Assembly: GCA_965224485.1 (NCBI GenBank) | Contig: CBDCZH010000015.1 | Location: 32,001-96,000, forward strand | Length of the DNA stretch: 64,000 nt | Source: Arcobacteraceae bacterium | GTDB taxonomy: Bacteria > Campylobacterota > Campylobacteria > Campylobacterales > Arcobacteraceae | Direction of reading: 5' to 3' | In this document: piece by piece, positions 63,943 through 64,000 of the stretch | How the letters are laid out: the number at the start of each line of letters is the position of its first letter | How positions within the stretch are numbered: the first letter of the stretch is position 1 | The notes under the pieces: model-generated | What the model saw: the letters and a program-made list of their open reading frames with translations, nothing else | What the model was told of the DNA's origin: nothing | The model's database searches: none | Position numbers and translations under genes: made by a program

Positions 63943-64000
63943 AAAGTTTAGAAGTGAAAAAATAATTAAAATAGCTTTAGTTGGTCAACCTAATGTTGGT
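63932..64000 (+). CDS. feoB: Ferrous iron transporter B, N-terminus (runs off window)
   Basis: IKIALVGQPNVG G1 motif, overlapping feoA. Confidence 0.85.
   Translation, partial: MLNKKFRSEKIIKIALVGQPNVG

Overview
Very AT-rich chromosomal window from a Campylobacterota bacterium, most likely Arcobacteraceae (tmRNA tag ANNTNYSPAYAAA, cts-like competence genes, ChaN, QueE insertion); this is inferred from protein character, not a database search. (1) 1-21 kb, housekeeping: mgtE, folE, gspE/F-like, era, comM, def-clpP-tig, vWA/TPR protein, two ppk2, carboxy(nor)spermidine dehydrogenase-rubredoxin-nspC, an MCP, ssrA, a Usp. Many carry single extra bases in homopolymers that look like sequencing errors. 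(2) 21-27 kb, variable patch: GIY-YIG nuclease, two toxin-antitoxin pairs, degenerate attC-like cassette ends, an 837-bp-period duplication and several copies of a covarying structured element. (3) 27-34 kb: hrpB, a diguanylate cyclase, queCDE. (4) 34-64 kb, an iron island with about 13 Fur-box-like sites: ABC transporter + NnrS, microprotein genes, an hmuS/U/V-like locus with two signal-peptide, C-anchored CobN-like chelatases plus TonB receptor, ChaN, an orphan RND pump and TonB-ExbB-ExbD, a candidate sRNA with kissing loops, a CxC peptide-DUF2325-McrC-like-flavodoxin operon, fur, a ferrosome (fez)-like P1B-6 ATPase cluster and feoAB. Best leads: the dual-CobN putative periplasmic haem-dechelation system, the fez-like cluster and the sRNA.
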